DNA of 64,000 bases from Selaginella moellendorffii (GCF_000143415.4 NW_003314280.1:2153549-2217548), one strand, 5' to 3'; shown: positions 36,143-49,055, numbered from the stretch's first letter. Made by a program: numbers and translations. Notes: generated by a model from the sequence alone, not told the origin.

Positions 36143-36486
36143 GCACAAGAAAGAAGTTCATTAAAAACAACACTAGAAGCCTAAACAATTTGGTTGGAGT
36201 GGTTGGAAGAGCTCTAACAATATTAACACAAGTTTCAACTCAAACATCAAAAGGTAAATATATTTAGAATTAGTAGTTGTACTCTTTGTTGTTTCCTTAG
36301 TGGACTGTTGGATTACAATGTTTGCAGTGTTTTTAGATATAGCAAGAATATAAAACTCACTAAATTACCTTTATAGCAAAAATATAATGTTCAAAAACTC
36401 CGACAGGTTCAAAAAATATTTTGTCCAATTGATTCTGATTTACTGACCTAATCGTCTCCATTGGCTTCAATTGTCATAGATTCCTC

Positions 36487-36775
36487 ATGAATCTTGTCAT
36501 GGAAATGTATGGAGATGTATGGGAAGTGTGGGCATGCAGTACACGGCTTCAGAGTATTGCAATCGTTGCATTTGCCCATAACAGGCAAATGCAAGAATTT
36601 CTCGCCCTCATTCGTCAAATGAATTCTTGCAGCTATCAATGGCGATGCGGTGGAGATCCGTGCACTACGCTGCTGGCCTGGATAGCTCCACGTCCATCAG
36701 CATACCGCTGCTCAAAACTGGCCTGGATAGCTCCACATCCATTGGCATAGCGCTGCTCAACTCCTACGGACTACT
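36487..36775 (+). pseudogene. PLS-PPR gene fragment
   Basis: atgtatgggaagtgtggg (MYGKCG) at 36515-36532, followed by frameshifted VAFAHNRQMQEFLALIRQM. Confidence 0.55.
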
Positions 36776-38224
36776 GTGAATCCCTGCAAAGGGATCAAGC
36801 CCGCCCAACCATTGTCGACTGTGCCGATCACCGATGATTATAGCTCTACTGATGGAGCTATTAAAAGCTGACGCCTAGGGGAGCCTGTGTTTGCCAACAG
36901 TAGCGGGATTCTTCTATCCAAGGCGGGTAAGCGTTCTCGTTTTACGAGACGCACACCCCAATCACCTGGACGGTGGTGAGAAACACCGGGCAGAAGACCT
37001 CTCCAGGCCTGGTTGAAAGACTACTGCTGGAGCGTAAGTATGGACACATCAACCACGGCCTTTGGAGGATTGAAAGCCATGTCCCGGATGAGGCGATGTA
37101 CCCCTACTGTCTAATCTCCTCGCGATCCTGGAGCTGGCCAGAGGTTGCAAACGTATAATTGGAGCTTGATCAGGCTGCGATGCCAGTCTCAACGCCCTGG
37201 TTCCACTCGTCTGTCCAGTTCTTGGCGATGATCCCCAGTGGCAGAAGAAAATCTCGGCGATGGCATGGTCACCAGAGGGGCATCGTAAAGCGGCGGTGAG
37301 GGAGATGACTAGTTGGGACCTGTCCTCTCGGCTGGAGATCATGACGCACAGCCATTGAAGGTCGCCGAAAATCTTGGCTATCGGTAAACCGATGTCCAAG
37401 TTCGTGTCCTAAGTGTCGGTATCTCTGCTCCGCTCAATAGCTCGCGTTCCAGCAGTAGATGAGAACTTCCATATGGCGACTTGCTTGTGGTACCTCTGAT
37501 GTTGCAGCCTATGCTGTTCTTCCTTGGCAGTCTGCAGCACTCTCTGCGATCGTAATAAGGCTGCATCAAGTCACGCAAGGGGTGCAACTTCCAGCTCCTC
37601 TCCTATTAGCTAGATCGACCAGAAAGGGAGAAATTCCTACAAAGATCACCTACCTTTAAAAAAAAGTTTAATTGGGTCTCTGGCTGTGGACTCGAACCTG
37701 TGACCTTGCCATCCCGTCCAAATTTTACACTAATAGCTTGTTAACGTGTTTGTTATTTTCACATTTGAATGAATGGCTTGTTTCGCTCTGGGCATGGCGC
37801 AGCTGGCGCGAATGTTTCACAAGCCCTCTTCTAGTTCCAGGATTTTTTTGGCATAAACTTTGCTTCTCAGAACAAAAAAGTTTAAACTTCTTGCTCTGGA
37901 AGAATGAGTTTCATGGTTTTGAACATGGCCTTTCTTTAGGAACAAGGATCAAACTGAATTAAATTGTGATTCCTTTGTTATATGGTCCAATCCTGTGGAG
38001 CCTTGATCGAGCACCAGGTGAGAGCACAAAACAGCAATTATTTCTTAAGTTTCAGGAATTTCTCCCTCTTTCTCAGCCAAAACACCCATTTTCTCGAGTC
38101 TGCAGAGGAGGTGGAAACTTCGCCAGCCTTCTGTGCCACAGACCCAGAGCAAATGAGTCCTAAATACGATCCTTGAGTATACTCGACTTATTTTTGTTTT
38201 TTACGAAAACGCATACAATTCATT

Positions 38225-39373
38225 TTATATGTCATAGAGGTATGGATGTGGTTTTGGTGGTGGCCCGAGAGTATTTGGTTGCAATATAACTTTACCATGC
38301 CATGCTTCTCCATTTACACATGGATTATTGTATCCGTGGTAACGCACCGTTATGTAGTGAAAGTGTAAATTACCTGAGAGAATGAGAAGGGTGATCGATT
38401 GATGGAGAGATGGAAATTTACCTGGGATCACGGCAAGGATTGCCTCTAGGTACCTTAAGAGATCTTGGTTGTTCCCTGCTTGGGCTCGCTTGACAAGGAT
38501 CCCGTGGTAGTAGAGAAACTCCTCCTCCTTTGCTTGCAACTCGGTACACACAAGATCAATGGCGTCCTGGATGGTGTGCACGCACGAATCCATGAGCAAG
38601 CTCACGGACAGAATGTTACTGAGCTTTTTCTCGTCCCGGAACTCTTTGGCGAAAGAGAAGAGGTCGTTCACCATCCAGGCATGGTCCGATATTGCGTCCT
38701 GAGCGGCGAGGAAATCCTTGGACCCGGCCACATCGTCCCCAAGACCCAATCCCAGGAACATCTCGATCATCGGGAAGTATGGGGTGATCCAAACGTTGTC
38801 CCTCCTTAGCTCCTTGAACACTTGTGTGCTCTCATAGGCAACATCGAAAGTCTGCGACCACTGCTTGGTGTAAGCAAGGAAGCGATTGAGAGTGGGCGGA
38901 AGCATGAAGGAGCGGATTTCCGGCATGAGCTCCTCGCAGGCTCTGAGAAGAGGAACCTCCGCCGGGAGTATGGCCGGGTAATCGCTTCTGCCGGAGAAAA
39001 TGCTCAAGATGGCATCCCTGTACTGGGAGCTCCGCCCACCTTGGGAGATCTTGCTCTCGTCCAGCTGATCATCCAGCGCAGTGGTCAGCCACGTAAATTT
39101 GCCGCCCAAAAGCGTGCGCCTCTTGGGGCTGCTGGGGGGCGTCAGGAAGGCGGCGAAGCTTGGGACCCTCCACTGCGCTTGGCGCTTCTTGTGTTCCGGG
39201 CTTGTGACGCCGAGGTAGCTGAAGATCCATTCGTCCGATTCCTTGCAGATCGAGGTGTAGTCGGGGTGACACTTGACGGGATGGGCAAGGAGGATTTGAG
39301 GGAGAGAGTAGCTCTTGAGGCTCAGCAAATGCTCTACTACATGGATTTTGCTCGATGAAACAATAGCCTCCAT
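38225..39373 (-). CDS. MTPSL: Microbial terpene synthase-like protein (class I, alpha-domain only), ~366 aa after removing a 48-nt intron at 38374-38421
   Basis: DDQLD (DDxxD), LRRDN, NDLFSFAKE (NSE/DTE) and C-terminal RY. In-frame GTAAAT...CTCTCAG intron. Confidence 0.93.
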   Translation of the reverse strand: MEAIVSSSKIHVVEHLLSLKSYSLPQILLAHPVKCHPDYTSICKESDEWIFSYLGVTSPEHKKRQAQWRVPSFAAFLTPPSSPKRRTLLGGKFTWLTTALDDQLDESKISQGGRSSQYRDAILSIFSGRSDYPAILPAEVPLLRACEELMPEIRSFMLPPTLNRFLAYTKQWSQTFDVAYESTQVFKELRRDNVWITPYFPMIEMFLGLGLGDDVAGSKDFLAAQDAISDHAWMVNDLFSFAKEFRDEKKLSNILSVSLLMDSCVHTIQDAIDLVCTELQAKEEEFLYYHGILVKRAQAGNNQDLLRYLEAILAVIPGKFPSLHQSITLLILSGNLHFHYITVRYHGYNNPCVNGEAWHGKVILQPNTLGPPPKPHPYLYDI

Positions 39374-42207
39374 ACTAATATGAAAACAGTACCATCAGCG
39401 TCTCTAATTTAACAAGGAATGCATAGAGATTCCTAGAGCATTGCATTAATTCAATAGCATAATATATACTAATTTAATCACACTTAATTATAGCATCAGA
39501 GTCAAAGGAGAAATATGCTATTTTACCATGAAGATAAATAAAAAGAAAATATAGAGCAAAAGAGAAGAAATGAAAAGTTAAAAGAAATCTAGACAATGCA
39601 AAAAATAAATTTAAAGAAAAAACACACTCCAAACACTCTTCTAAACCAATCAAAATTGCCTTTCATTTTTATCAATGTAATGGAATATTAATTTAATTAA
39701 CCTATAACCAGGTCTGTGAGGATAGTGCTAGATCGTCGCTACACTGCCATGCCAGACAAAGCCCTGCGCAATCGCCTCCAACGTGAGCCTCGATTTGGGG
39801 CGCTCTACCTCTGCTACCGGATCAATTCGGAGAGCCTGCCGATGATCGGGGATTTGTGTGGGAGATTGGGGCGGGGAATTACTTGGTGCCCATATGCGTG
39901 GGAAATGTCAATGGGGGCGAGGATTCCACCCCGGTGATTGTTACATTCCAGCAGTGAGACCTGGAATTCAATCTCGTGAGGCATTAGTAAATTGCTGGTA
40001 GGCATGGGTGGTAATTGTGCCGATTTATTAATGGTAAATTAGAGTTGCGTCAAAGCAAAAAATGGGGACACTTTAAATAATTAGGTCTGGTTAGTAATAT
40101 AATCTTTAGTGTTCTAAGTATATTCCCAATTAAAATAAAGAATTTTTATTTACCCAGCATTTTCATTTATCAGATTCCCAATCACAATATATTATTAAAG
40201 TTCTCACATTGCATAAGGAACTCCCCAAGAAGCATTTGAATTGCAACAACACTCTTAAAGAGATACACCCTTCCTAATTTACTTGAAATAGCTGTGAAAT
40301 GTCTTTAAATAGTGTTATGTGCACTAATTCTTATAGTTTATAACCTTCTCTCAGTTTGGCATTTACTAATATAAATTTTTTTGCGACAGAAATGGCCGCT
40401 GCTGCGACGATTGAACTCTCCCAATGAGTAACAGTGTGATCAAGCCAATGCCGAGGACGAACAAGGCCACACCAAGTCCATCGATTCGCTGGTCTGCATC
40501 TACATGCCATCGCCATATTATACTAGTCTTTCAACGAAGACAAACAGCATTGTGATGCGATACTCTTGATCGAGATTCCAGGAGACTTTCAAGAAAAGCA
40601 TATAAAACGTCAGCTTGCATGGAAGCAACTGGTACCTTCTTTTTCTGTGACAACGTTGAGCAGTTGGAGGAAGATTTTATTCGGGAAGATTTTATTCGCG
40701 ACTGGCGCTACGCCCGGGCATCTCTCTTATTGACTAATAAGAATTGAACAGACACGACTGGTCAACTTGACATAAGAGGGAATCACGAATGTTCTCTCAA
40801 TACAAACAAGACAGTGGCCGATCTAGCCCGGACGTGAGGACGAAACTTACTCTATTGGGACACCAACAGCACGCCTTCTTCGTAGAAAACATGTGTACGG
40901 GTTTCTTACATTTTCGTCCCTGTGGATCCTGAGCTCCATACAGTTCTTAGCGACGAGGAGCTTTCTGAGCTCTCGAGCATTCTCTATGGCAAGAGGTATT
41001 ATTCTAGAAGAGCGCTTTTCCGCGGGGACTGACTAGCTTGAAAAAAATCACAGCTTCTTCAGTCGTGTCTTTAAATCCGTAGCACAGGGGGATGGCTCTA
41101 GTCCTCGGCATTCCGAGGACGGGGATGAACAACGAGATGATTTACTGGAACCGTTGGAATCGAGGCTTTTGTTTCTAGCCGCGGATATAAGTGCACTAAG
41201 TGATCTTTCTTTCTTTTCTTCTAAGTATTATACTACGTCTTAGTGGTCGGAGGCTCAGATACAGGGACTTTCTTTTACAAGTTCGGCAGAAACTCAAACT
41301 CCCGTACTCCCTGAAACTTTCTATAGAAGCCGAGATCTTCAAGGATCCTATTCTTGCCGCTCTTGACTTTTTTTCACTCTTTTTTCAGTCCTCTGAAGAT
41401 TGATGATGATCCGAGTGACGTTGAAACCCTTGTGAGAGAGCTTCCACCCTGTCGTTGGCGTAAGGTGAGGACAGATAATCCAAGGAAGGAAAAGCACAAA
41501 CATTAAACACAGCCGACATGAGCTCACACCCTCCAAGCTTGCGAGGTTTTTGCGCCATGACCCATCCTGGGATTGGTAACGAGCAGCTTCCACCAGCATT
41601 TTTCCAGAAAGCTCCTTCGCCATCTGAACACAGGTTAATTATATCCGAAAACATCACAGGAATGTACCAATCTTTGCAGTGTGGACATAGAGAGGCTCTA
41701 AAAAAGTTACTGTAATCGACCATGATTTCGTGGTATTGTTCTTAGACAGTCGCAGCTCTTGTAGGGTGGTCAGCTGGCTGCTACAAAACTCGAGTCTCAC
41801 GCAGCAAGACACGTAACTCACCACAGCTTCTAACAAAGCTAGGAAGTGTTTACTTCGTTTTTGCTGTGGCCGCTGCGACATACATCGCAGAACTATGATG
41901 CCCATGTTGAGATGTTTAGCGCTTCCATTCTTATGCGAAATCTATGTTTCTGCAATCTATGGGGAACGTTTATAGCTGATGTTGTAGTGACCACTTTGGG
42001 ACCGGATTACCTTCGTGTTGCCTGGGCAATCTATGCTCTAGATTTCCCAGGCGATTGAAGATGGAGAAACCTCTCTGTGAGTCGGTGTATAAGATAGTTG
42101 GAAGCTTGTATTGAATGCGTTTTTATATTCCTTGTTCTTGTTGAAGTAGAGACTTATGGACGTTGCGTGGTGATTTTCTGCATATGGTACGCTTCATTCT
42201 CTTGGAG

Positions 42208-42905
42208 TCAGCCTAATAAGCTAAACTCTAAAATGTGTAAGAGTCCGATGTAGTTATACAATTTAATTGGGAGTGGTAGCACTTGCCATGAATCCTGTCT
42301 ATTAAGGTCGTATGTCACTAGCGTCGCTTGCCAACCATCAGGAATCCAGTAGATTACATTCCTGTGAATGTTTATGGAAGTTTTGTAGAAATGTTTGGGA
42401 GAGATGCTCTCCGGTGCCCGGCTTATCATAACTGCGTCCTCCCCTCTTGCCCAAACACACCAGTGCTCTTTCCAAGCAAATAGAGCTTGCCTCCCCACCT
42501 TCGAGTTCTTCACTCCCGAGCTTGACGTGGTGGAGTGAAACGAGCTTGCCATTGTCTGTGCGATAGCTTAGTAGCTTCACCTTTTTCTCGGATCCAAATA
42601 GAATGGATGATGTTCCCACAAACAGCGGAAGAGGACGTGAGAAACTTCGCGAAATCCTAACTCTTGATATCCTCATTTTGGTTCTGCTCTGTGACCAGCC
42701 ACTCAGACTTCCAGGAGCTGAGAACTGCCGTTTGAAAGAATCTACGCAACCGAAATACTACTCGAAAGCTCTGCTCGTGATCCAAGAGCGAGAGCTGTTT
42801 GCAAGGCTTGGAAACAGATTATTGATTCTTCGTGGTTTTCATGCCGCTACAGGGATCCATCGCCCTGCATCTTACTGACAAAGAGGGCTTGCCCATTTGC
42901 AACAT
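42208..42905 (-). pseudogene. F-box gene remnant (copy a)
   Basis: Homologous to 53650-54638 and frameshifted. The N-terminal piece (RAVCKAWKQIIDS) is inverted at ~42789-42905. Confidence 0.75.
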
Positions 42906-43976
42906 ATTTCCAGTTGAAGTTTCCATCATAAGACTTCTTCAGGTTTTATCATAATCATAGTTAACCAATTAAACGTGGTTAGTTTGATAAAGGAAACCCT
43001 TTGATCATTCTGTTGAGTCCAATTCATTAATTGGATTAATAAATAATAAATATTATTATTATGCAAACGAAGTGTTGTTACATGTAATGCAACAAAATAT
43101 TATACCACTTTTTCATATTTATAAAAAAGTTTTTTCAAAGATAAGGAATATTAAAGGAATCTAATGCATCTTCATGAGTAAGATGCTTTAATAGCTCACA
43201 TTGGAGGAAGGTCATGTATAAAGTAGAAAAGTCATCATAATTTAATTTCAAAGAAGACAATTGATAAAAAACTGCTTAGAATGAATTTTAGTCACATTAA
43301 AAGGATTATGGGGTGTTTTATATTCAAGATGTGAAGACTAAATTCCATGCATTCACAAAGAGAGTTTTATATGTAGTATTTAGTTCTTATTGGGGGAATA
43401 TACATTTTATCAAATGTTATAGCAATATTAAATTTGCAAACTCAATAGTTGAGCTCACAAGCTGAGCTCAATCTTCAATTGTAATTTTCTACAAATGTTA
43501 TACATTTCAAAAAAAACCTAAAGTTAATAGTAAAATTTATTTATCCTATATTTTAATAACTTGATATGCCATGCAGCAATGCTTGGTTTTTTTTCTTTCT
43601 TTTTATGTAAATGAATATAGAAAGTAATTCTTCAAATGCATTTCTTTTGTCTAGATTAATTTAAATTTAAATATAAAATCAATACAGTTATTAAAAACCA
43701 ATATTTTAGAAAAACAAGAGCAAAATAACAATTATTCTAATTAAAAATACAAAAAATATATAAATATTATGCATGTCATAATCCAAGTTGTGATGGAGAT
43801 TTACACTAGGATCTGCTGATTATAATTGGAGAGAGATTTGTTTGGTCCATAGGAAGACCTGAAGTATAAATTGAGTGCATCATGTTTTCAATCACTTTCG
43901 ACAAGAAATTAAAAATAGTGAAGTTATTAGATCTCTTGAAGTTTATAGCAATTCAAGAGGCAATACACACACACAG

Positions 43977-44024
<48 letters not shown>

Positions 44025-44509
44025 CAAAATAAAAAATTCAAAAGAAATTGGGAAGGAAAAAATGCTAAAAAATATCTCATATAAAACATTTATTAAAGAT
44101 TAATTTCTATAATGTTTACTTAATCTTGAAACTATAACAACTAGATTGTAGCAAATTATGGCTTTGGGCTACATTAATACTCATCCCTACTTCCCTTTAT
44201 ATTTTTTTATTCCTTATTAACTCATGGTTTTGATTTAAACACCGGTGTCTTTGTAATTGCATTTTTTGACGGATCATAAATTTAGTGATAGCATGCAAAC
44301 AATCCCTCTCAATAGCTTTCTTAATAGAATTTTAGATACTAATATTAAATTTTGTATAAACGAGTTTAAAGGCAAAAGATCACAGCCATTGGATTAAGGA
44401 ATATTTTAGAACATACTTGGATACTTCAGGTATATTCTTTATACTCTACAAGTTTTCCAAAGAAAACCAAAAGTATATAATAAACACTAATTTAGTTAAC
44501 TCCAAATTT

Positions 44510-44737
44510 TTGGTTTGCTTTAAGCAGACCTGTAAGTAATAGATATACCTAGAATGCTTGAATATTCAAGGATATTCTACCATTTAGTATTTTAGATTAA
44601 TTCTATATTTATAATCACTAGTTTATTTTACCATATTCAAAAATATTAATCTTGTTTTTATAAATTATAAAAATGCTTATAATTTTTAATATATTAAATT
44701 ATTAGATAGGAATAACATTACTATTAAGCAAACTAAG
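44510..44737. mobile_element. Second copy of the AT-rich foldback/MITE-like element
   Basis: tggtttgctt...ataggaataacattactattaagcaaac matches the reverse complement of 18000-18040; adjacent to (TA)n. Confidence 0.45.
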
Positions 44738-44985
44738 CATTGCTGCATAAAATGTTTTTCTTATAACTTTTCAACTATATATATATATATATATATGTAA
44801 GAAGAAACAATTATATAACTTTTTATTCTAATAGAGTACTCATTAGCATGAAAGCACACTAATGGAGAAAATCACACTGATCTTCTTTTTGGAGAAAATC
44901 TTGCACTAAAGGGTATGAGCCTAACATACACTTGAATATATGTTATTTTATTAAAATTTATGAGTCAAGTTTTACAATCTAGTTT

Positions 44986-45135
44986 CCGTGATCGCGCGAG
45001 CCCTATGCCTGTCCAACGCCGCGGATTGCCGCCGCCGGGGCTGCTGGTGTGGATTGACGCCCTGGCAATAGATTCTACACTGCTGCTGTTGCTGTTGGAC
45101 GCGAGCTGAGATCGCAATGCGGATGAATTGGTCAC
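44986..45135 (-). pseudogene. Duplicated 5' (transit-peptide) fragment of riboflavin synthase
   Basis: Matches 34323-34540 with deletions (ccgtgat-gcgcgagccc, ggattgccgccgccg, gctgagatcgcaa-gcggatgaatt). Confidence 0.8.
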
Positions 45136-45178
45136 CAGCAGCCCTAGACGAAGAACCCTAAAAATGCAGTGGTGAGCC

Positions 45179-46899
45179 ATGGCGCTATGTGGATTGGCTT
45201 CGCCGCTGCCGAGATTCCACCGGAGCAGGAGCCCATACATCGAGGTACTCACTCCTCGCATTCTTCCTTGCGCGCGCATTCCTTTTGTTCGTTCTTCCAC
45301 GCCTGTAGTTTGTTGCTTGTCCTCATTAGTTTAGCCTTTCTAGCTCCAGAGCTCTCGTCAGTTCTTCCATCACTTCCTGGACGTGAGGTCTACGAGGACG
45401 AGACTTCCTCGATTGGGACACCAACAGCACAGGCTCCAGGTTCTCGGTATGCATGCCTTCTTCGTAGAAAACATTTCATTTGTGTATGAGTTTCTTACAT
45501 TTTCGTCCCTGGCAGCTGCTGTGGATCCTGAGCTCCATACTGTTCTTGAGTTAGCTAGCGATGTGGAGCTTTCTGAGCTCTCGAGCATTCTCTATGGCAA
45601 GAGGTACGAATCTAGAAACGCTCTTTTCGGAGAGGGCTGACTAGCTCGAAAAAAATCACAGCTTCTTTAGTCCTGTCTATAAGTCCGTAGCACAGGGCGA
45701 TGGCTCTAGTCCTCGGCATTCCGAGGACGGGGAAGAAAAACGAGATGATTTACTGGAACGGTTGGAATCGAGGCTTTTGTTTCTAGCCGCGGATGCCAAA
45801 TCTACTGTGACGTAAGTGCATTGCTTTGGAGCAAGTGTTTCTTTTTTAATTGTTGTACTACCGTTTAGTGGTCGGAGGCCCAGATACAGGGACGTTCTTT
45901 TACAAGTTCGACAGAAACTCAAAATCCCGTGCTCCCTAAAACTTCCTACGGAGGACTTAGAAGCCGAGATATTTCTTTTCCTCCTCCAACAATCTCCAAG
46001 GCAAGCAATCATGCTATTCTTGCCGCTCTTGACTTTTTTTTTTCAGTCCATCGGAGCCTCTGAGGATTGACGATGATCCGAGTGACGCTGAAACTTCCCA
46101 GTCTGGGTCATGGCGCAAAAATCTCGCGGCAGCTCTCAAACTTGGAGGCCGTGAGCTCGTGTCCGCCGTTTTTAAAGTTTGTGTTTTTCCTTCCTTGGAT
46201 TATCTGTCTAACCTTACGCCAACGCGACAGGGTGGAAGCGCTCTCACAATGTCCACGCTCCAACGATTGGTACGATCCTGTGATGTTTTCGGATATAAAT
46301 TAGCCTGTCTTCAGATGGCGAAGGAGCTTTCTGGAAAAATGCTGGTGGAAGCTGCTCGTTACCAACTTGCTAGAGAAGCTCTAAAAAAGGCACTGTAATC
46401 GACCATGATTTCGTGGTAGTGTTCTTAAATAGTCGCAGCTCTTGTAGGGTGGTCAGCTGGTTGCTACAAAACTCGAGTCTCGCGTGACAATGCTTGCAGC
46501 AAGACAGGTAACTCACCACAGCTTCTAACAAAGCTAGGAAGTGTTTACATTGTTTTGCAGTTACTTGCTGGGGCCGCTGCGAGATACATCACCATTCGTA
46601 GCACTATGATGCTGCTTGGCCCCATGTAAGATGAGATGTTTAGCGCTTCCATTCTCATGTGAAATCTATGTTTTTGCAGTCTATGGGGAACGTTTATAGC
46701 TGATGTTGTAGTGACCGCTCTGGGACCGGATTACCTTCGTGTGGTCCGGGCAATCTATGCTCTAGCGCAGGTAAATACGTTTCTTAACTTGATAGAGCTT
46801 GCTAAATGCAGATACACTGGAACTTAGATACGTCTGACGAGAACTTATGGATGGAAGCGAGGATCCCTTCTATGTCAAGGTACTCTAAAAGTTCTCTGA
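45179..46899 (+). CDS. Conserved uncharacterised plant protein (At1g73470-like), about 12 exons, apparently intact
   Basis: Exons join in phase: DPELHTVLELASDVEL...LESRLLFLAADAKST/GRRPRYRDVLL...LPTEDLEAEIFL...LSGKMLVEAARYQ...LWGTFIADVV..LGPDYLRVVRAIYALAQ/IRLTRTY. The model needs GC donors at 46001 and 46390. Confidence 0.78.
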
Positions 46900-47087
46900 A
46901 AGTACTTGAGCTGCTATCGATTTCCCAGGTGATTAAAGATGGAGGAACCTCTCTGAGCTGCCGGTGTACAGAGATAGTTGGAAGCTTGTATAACTTGAAT
47001 GCGTTTTTTTATTCCTTGTTCTTGTTACTGAAGTAGAGACGTTGTGAAGTTCTCGTGGTGATTTTTTCTATATGGTACTCTTGGAGT

Positions 47088-47830
47088 GAGTCTAATAAGC
47101 TAAATTCTATTAATGTATAGGAGTCTGCAATGGATCTGGGAGTGCCATGAGTCCTGTTTATTGAGGTCATATGTCACAGCATTGCTTGGCAAGCATCAGG
47201 AATCCAGTAGATTACATTCTTGTGAATATTTATGGAAGCTGTGAAGAAACGTTCTGGAGAGATGTCCTCTGGTGCCCGGCTTATCATAACTGCGTCCTCC
47301 CCTCTTAGTCGAAGAGCTCAAACACGCCGGTGCTGCTCTGTCCAAGCAAGTTCAGCTTGCCTTCCCAACCCATGAGCTTAAAGTTCCCTTAAAGTACTTC
47401 ATTGACGTGGTGGAGTGAAAGGAACTCCCCATTGTCCGCGCGATAGCTTAGTAACCTCGCCTTTCTCTCCCATCCAAAGAATGGATGATGTTGTCACAGA
47501 CCAGGGAAGAGGTTGTGACAAACTCCGCGAAATCCTCGTTGATATCCTCATGATGGTCGTGCTCTGTGACCAGCCACTCAGACTTCCAGGAGCTGAGGAC
47601 TGCCGCCTCCATGAAACTACGCAACGGAAATACTACTCGATGATCCACTAGTTGCAACCTTCTGGACTCTCAAGCGTTGTAAATGGCAGCCTTAAGATGT
47701 GCCGTTCCCACTACTGCTTGACCTTTTCTCCACAGCGGGGCAAGAACTCTGGATGGTGGAAGTGGGTTTCCCACCCAAAAGGCTCTGCCTTCCCGGAGCT
47801 TCAACTGCCCAGACCCAAATGGCGATTTTA
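47088..47830 (-). pseudogene. F-box gene remnant (copy b)
   Basis: VLSSWKSEWL...DFAEFVTTSSLVCDNIIHS homologous to the other copies; fragmented. Confidence 0.75.
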
Positions 47831-48689
47831 CGTGTGATAACTAATGAGCAAAACAAGGATAAACAACTCAAAGTTCAGGCTTATTCCAAACAACGTTCTT
47901 CTCGATGGCATGGTTTGTTGTAGTGGCAGTTCTGCGTTCAGTGACCTCAGATTCATGAGAGGAAGAATTTATTTGAACGCGATTGGCTGATACTATGCTT
48001 GCTATATGTATTTTTTTTCTTTTTCTTTCTTTTCTTCTTTTTATTTTTTAATTTCTTCTTTTTTCTTTCACTGCAGCTGTCTCCCAGCTGCTATTCATCG
48101 TTCTCATTGCCAAGAAGTCATCCAAAAACAAAGTGTTAAGAACAAACAGGATAAATGAAAAGAATGTGACCGATTGGAATATAGCGGATCATTCTATTTA
48201 TATGATATTTTAATAGTCCCGCGGTCAACATGAGATTGATGGATGCAAGCATGCAATTTGGATTATCTTTGCAATGTCGGCCGCATCTTCGTCAGTCCCC
48301 GTGCTCCTCACTTGCAATCTGATTTATTGTGGGAACGAGAATTTCTCAATCCCGAAAGCTGTCGCATTTCACAGGCGAGGTCAATCGTCCTTCTCTGCTT
48401 CCTTTCTAAGATTTTTCTGTTATATCTTTCTTGTGTCATTCCTGAGCTCCATATTCTTCTTCCGTTGGCTAGAGAATGGCGCTTTCTTTCTTCTACTATA
48501 GTGGCCTAGATCCTTTGTTCCCACTTTGATTGAGCATGTCTATTCTGAAGATTTTATGACTTACGCAAAATTTCCTCAATCGAAGCTTTTGTTTCTTGCG
48601 GTAAATACAAGATTATTCAGTGCTGTGATTGAGGACTGTCAACGCAGAGAGATAAAAAAAAAAGAAAATCTAAAGGAACTACAATCCAA

Positions 48690-49055
48690 ATGGTAAGTCT
48701 AAACTAAACTTTAGAATACTTCAGATTCCAATGAACGGAGGTAATGGTTCTGGGAGCGGTACCACTGGCCATGAATCCGATGTAAGTCAATACCATCGCT
48801 TGCGTAACACGATAAATAATATTGTTGTAGATGTTTGCAGACCTGAAATGCTTTTTGGTGCCATGCTTATTAAAACTGCAAATGCGTTGCTTGCGATCCC
48901 AACTCAAGAGCTCATAACAAGTAGCGGAGTGAAAGGAGCTTGCCATTGTCTGCACGTTAACTCAGTACTATTACCTGGCTTTTGCATGGATGATATCGTC
49001 ACGAAGGACGGAAGAGGCAATGCGGAAAATCATGCCTCTTCCCGACTTCCAGGAT
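48690..49055 (-). pseudogene. F-box gene remnant (copy c)
   Basis: SANIYNNIIY, SWKSG and DDIIH fragments. Confidence 0.65.

Larger units (their letters stand above)
34817..40829. mobile_element. ~6 kb insertion of unknown class carrying MTPSL and gene fragments
   Basis: Absent from the paralogous intact exon (cacttcctggacgtgagg at ~45371-45388). No TIRs or LTRs seen. The right end reads ...gatCTAG-ccc. Confidence 0.6.
34650..42060 (+). pseudogene. Degenerate copy of the At1g73470-like gene (34650-34816 plus 40830-42060), split by a ~6 kb insertion
   Basis: Collinear with 45160-46930 but lacks the ATG and carries deletions and two micro-inversions. cacttcct (34816) joins ggacgtgagg (40830). 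Confidence 0.85.

Noticed and set aside
38225-39373. MTPSL as microbial contamination or a novel HGT event
   Set aside because: It has a host-style 48-nt spliceosomal intron, sits among plant genes, and the family is already known from non-seed plants.
34817-40829. Firm Helitron call for the MTPSL insertion
   Set aside because: Only the 3' CTAG fits. There is no 5' TC, AT target, subterminal hairpin or RepHel sequence.
42910-44985. AT-rich tracts (also ~49830-50760) as organellar or viral insertions
   Set aside because: No ORFs, RNA genes or organelle-like sequence could be recognised, so they are left unassigned.
33700-47000. Terpene biosynthetic gene cluster around MTPSL
   Set aside because: No P450, prenyltransferase, dehydrogenase or transferase genes are nearby.
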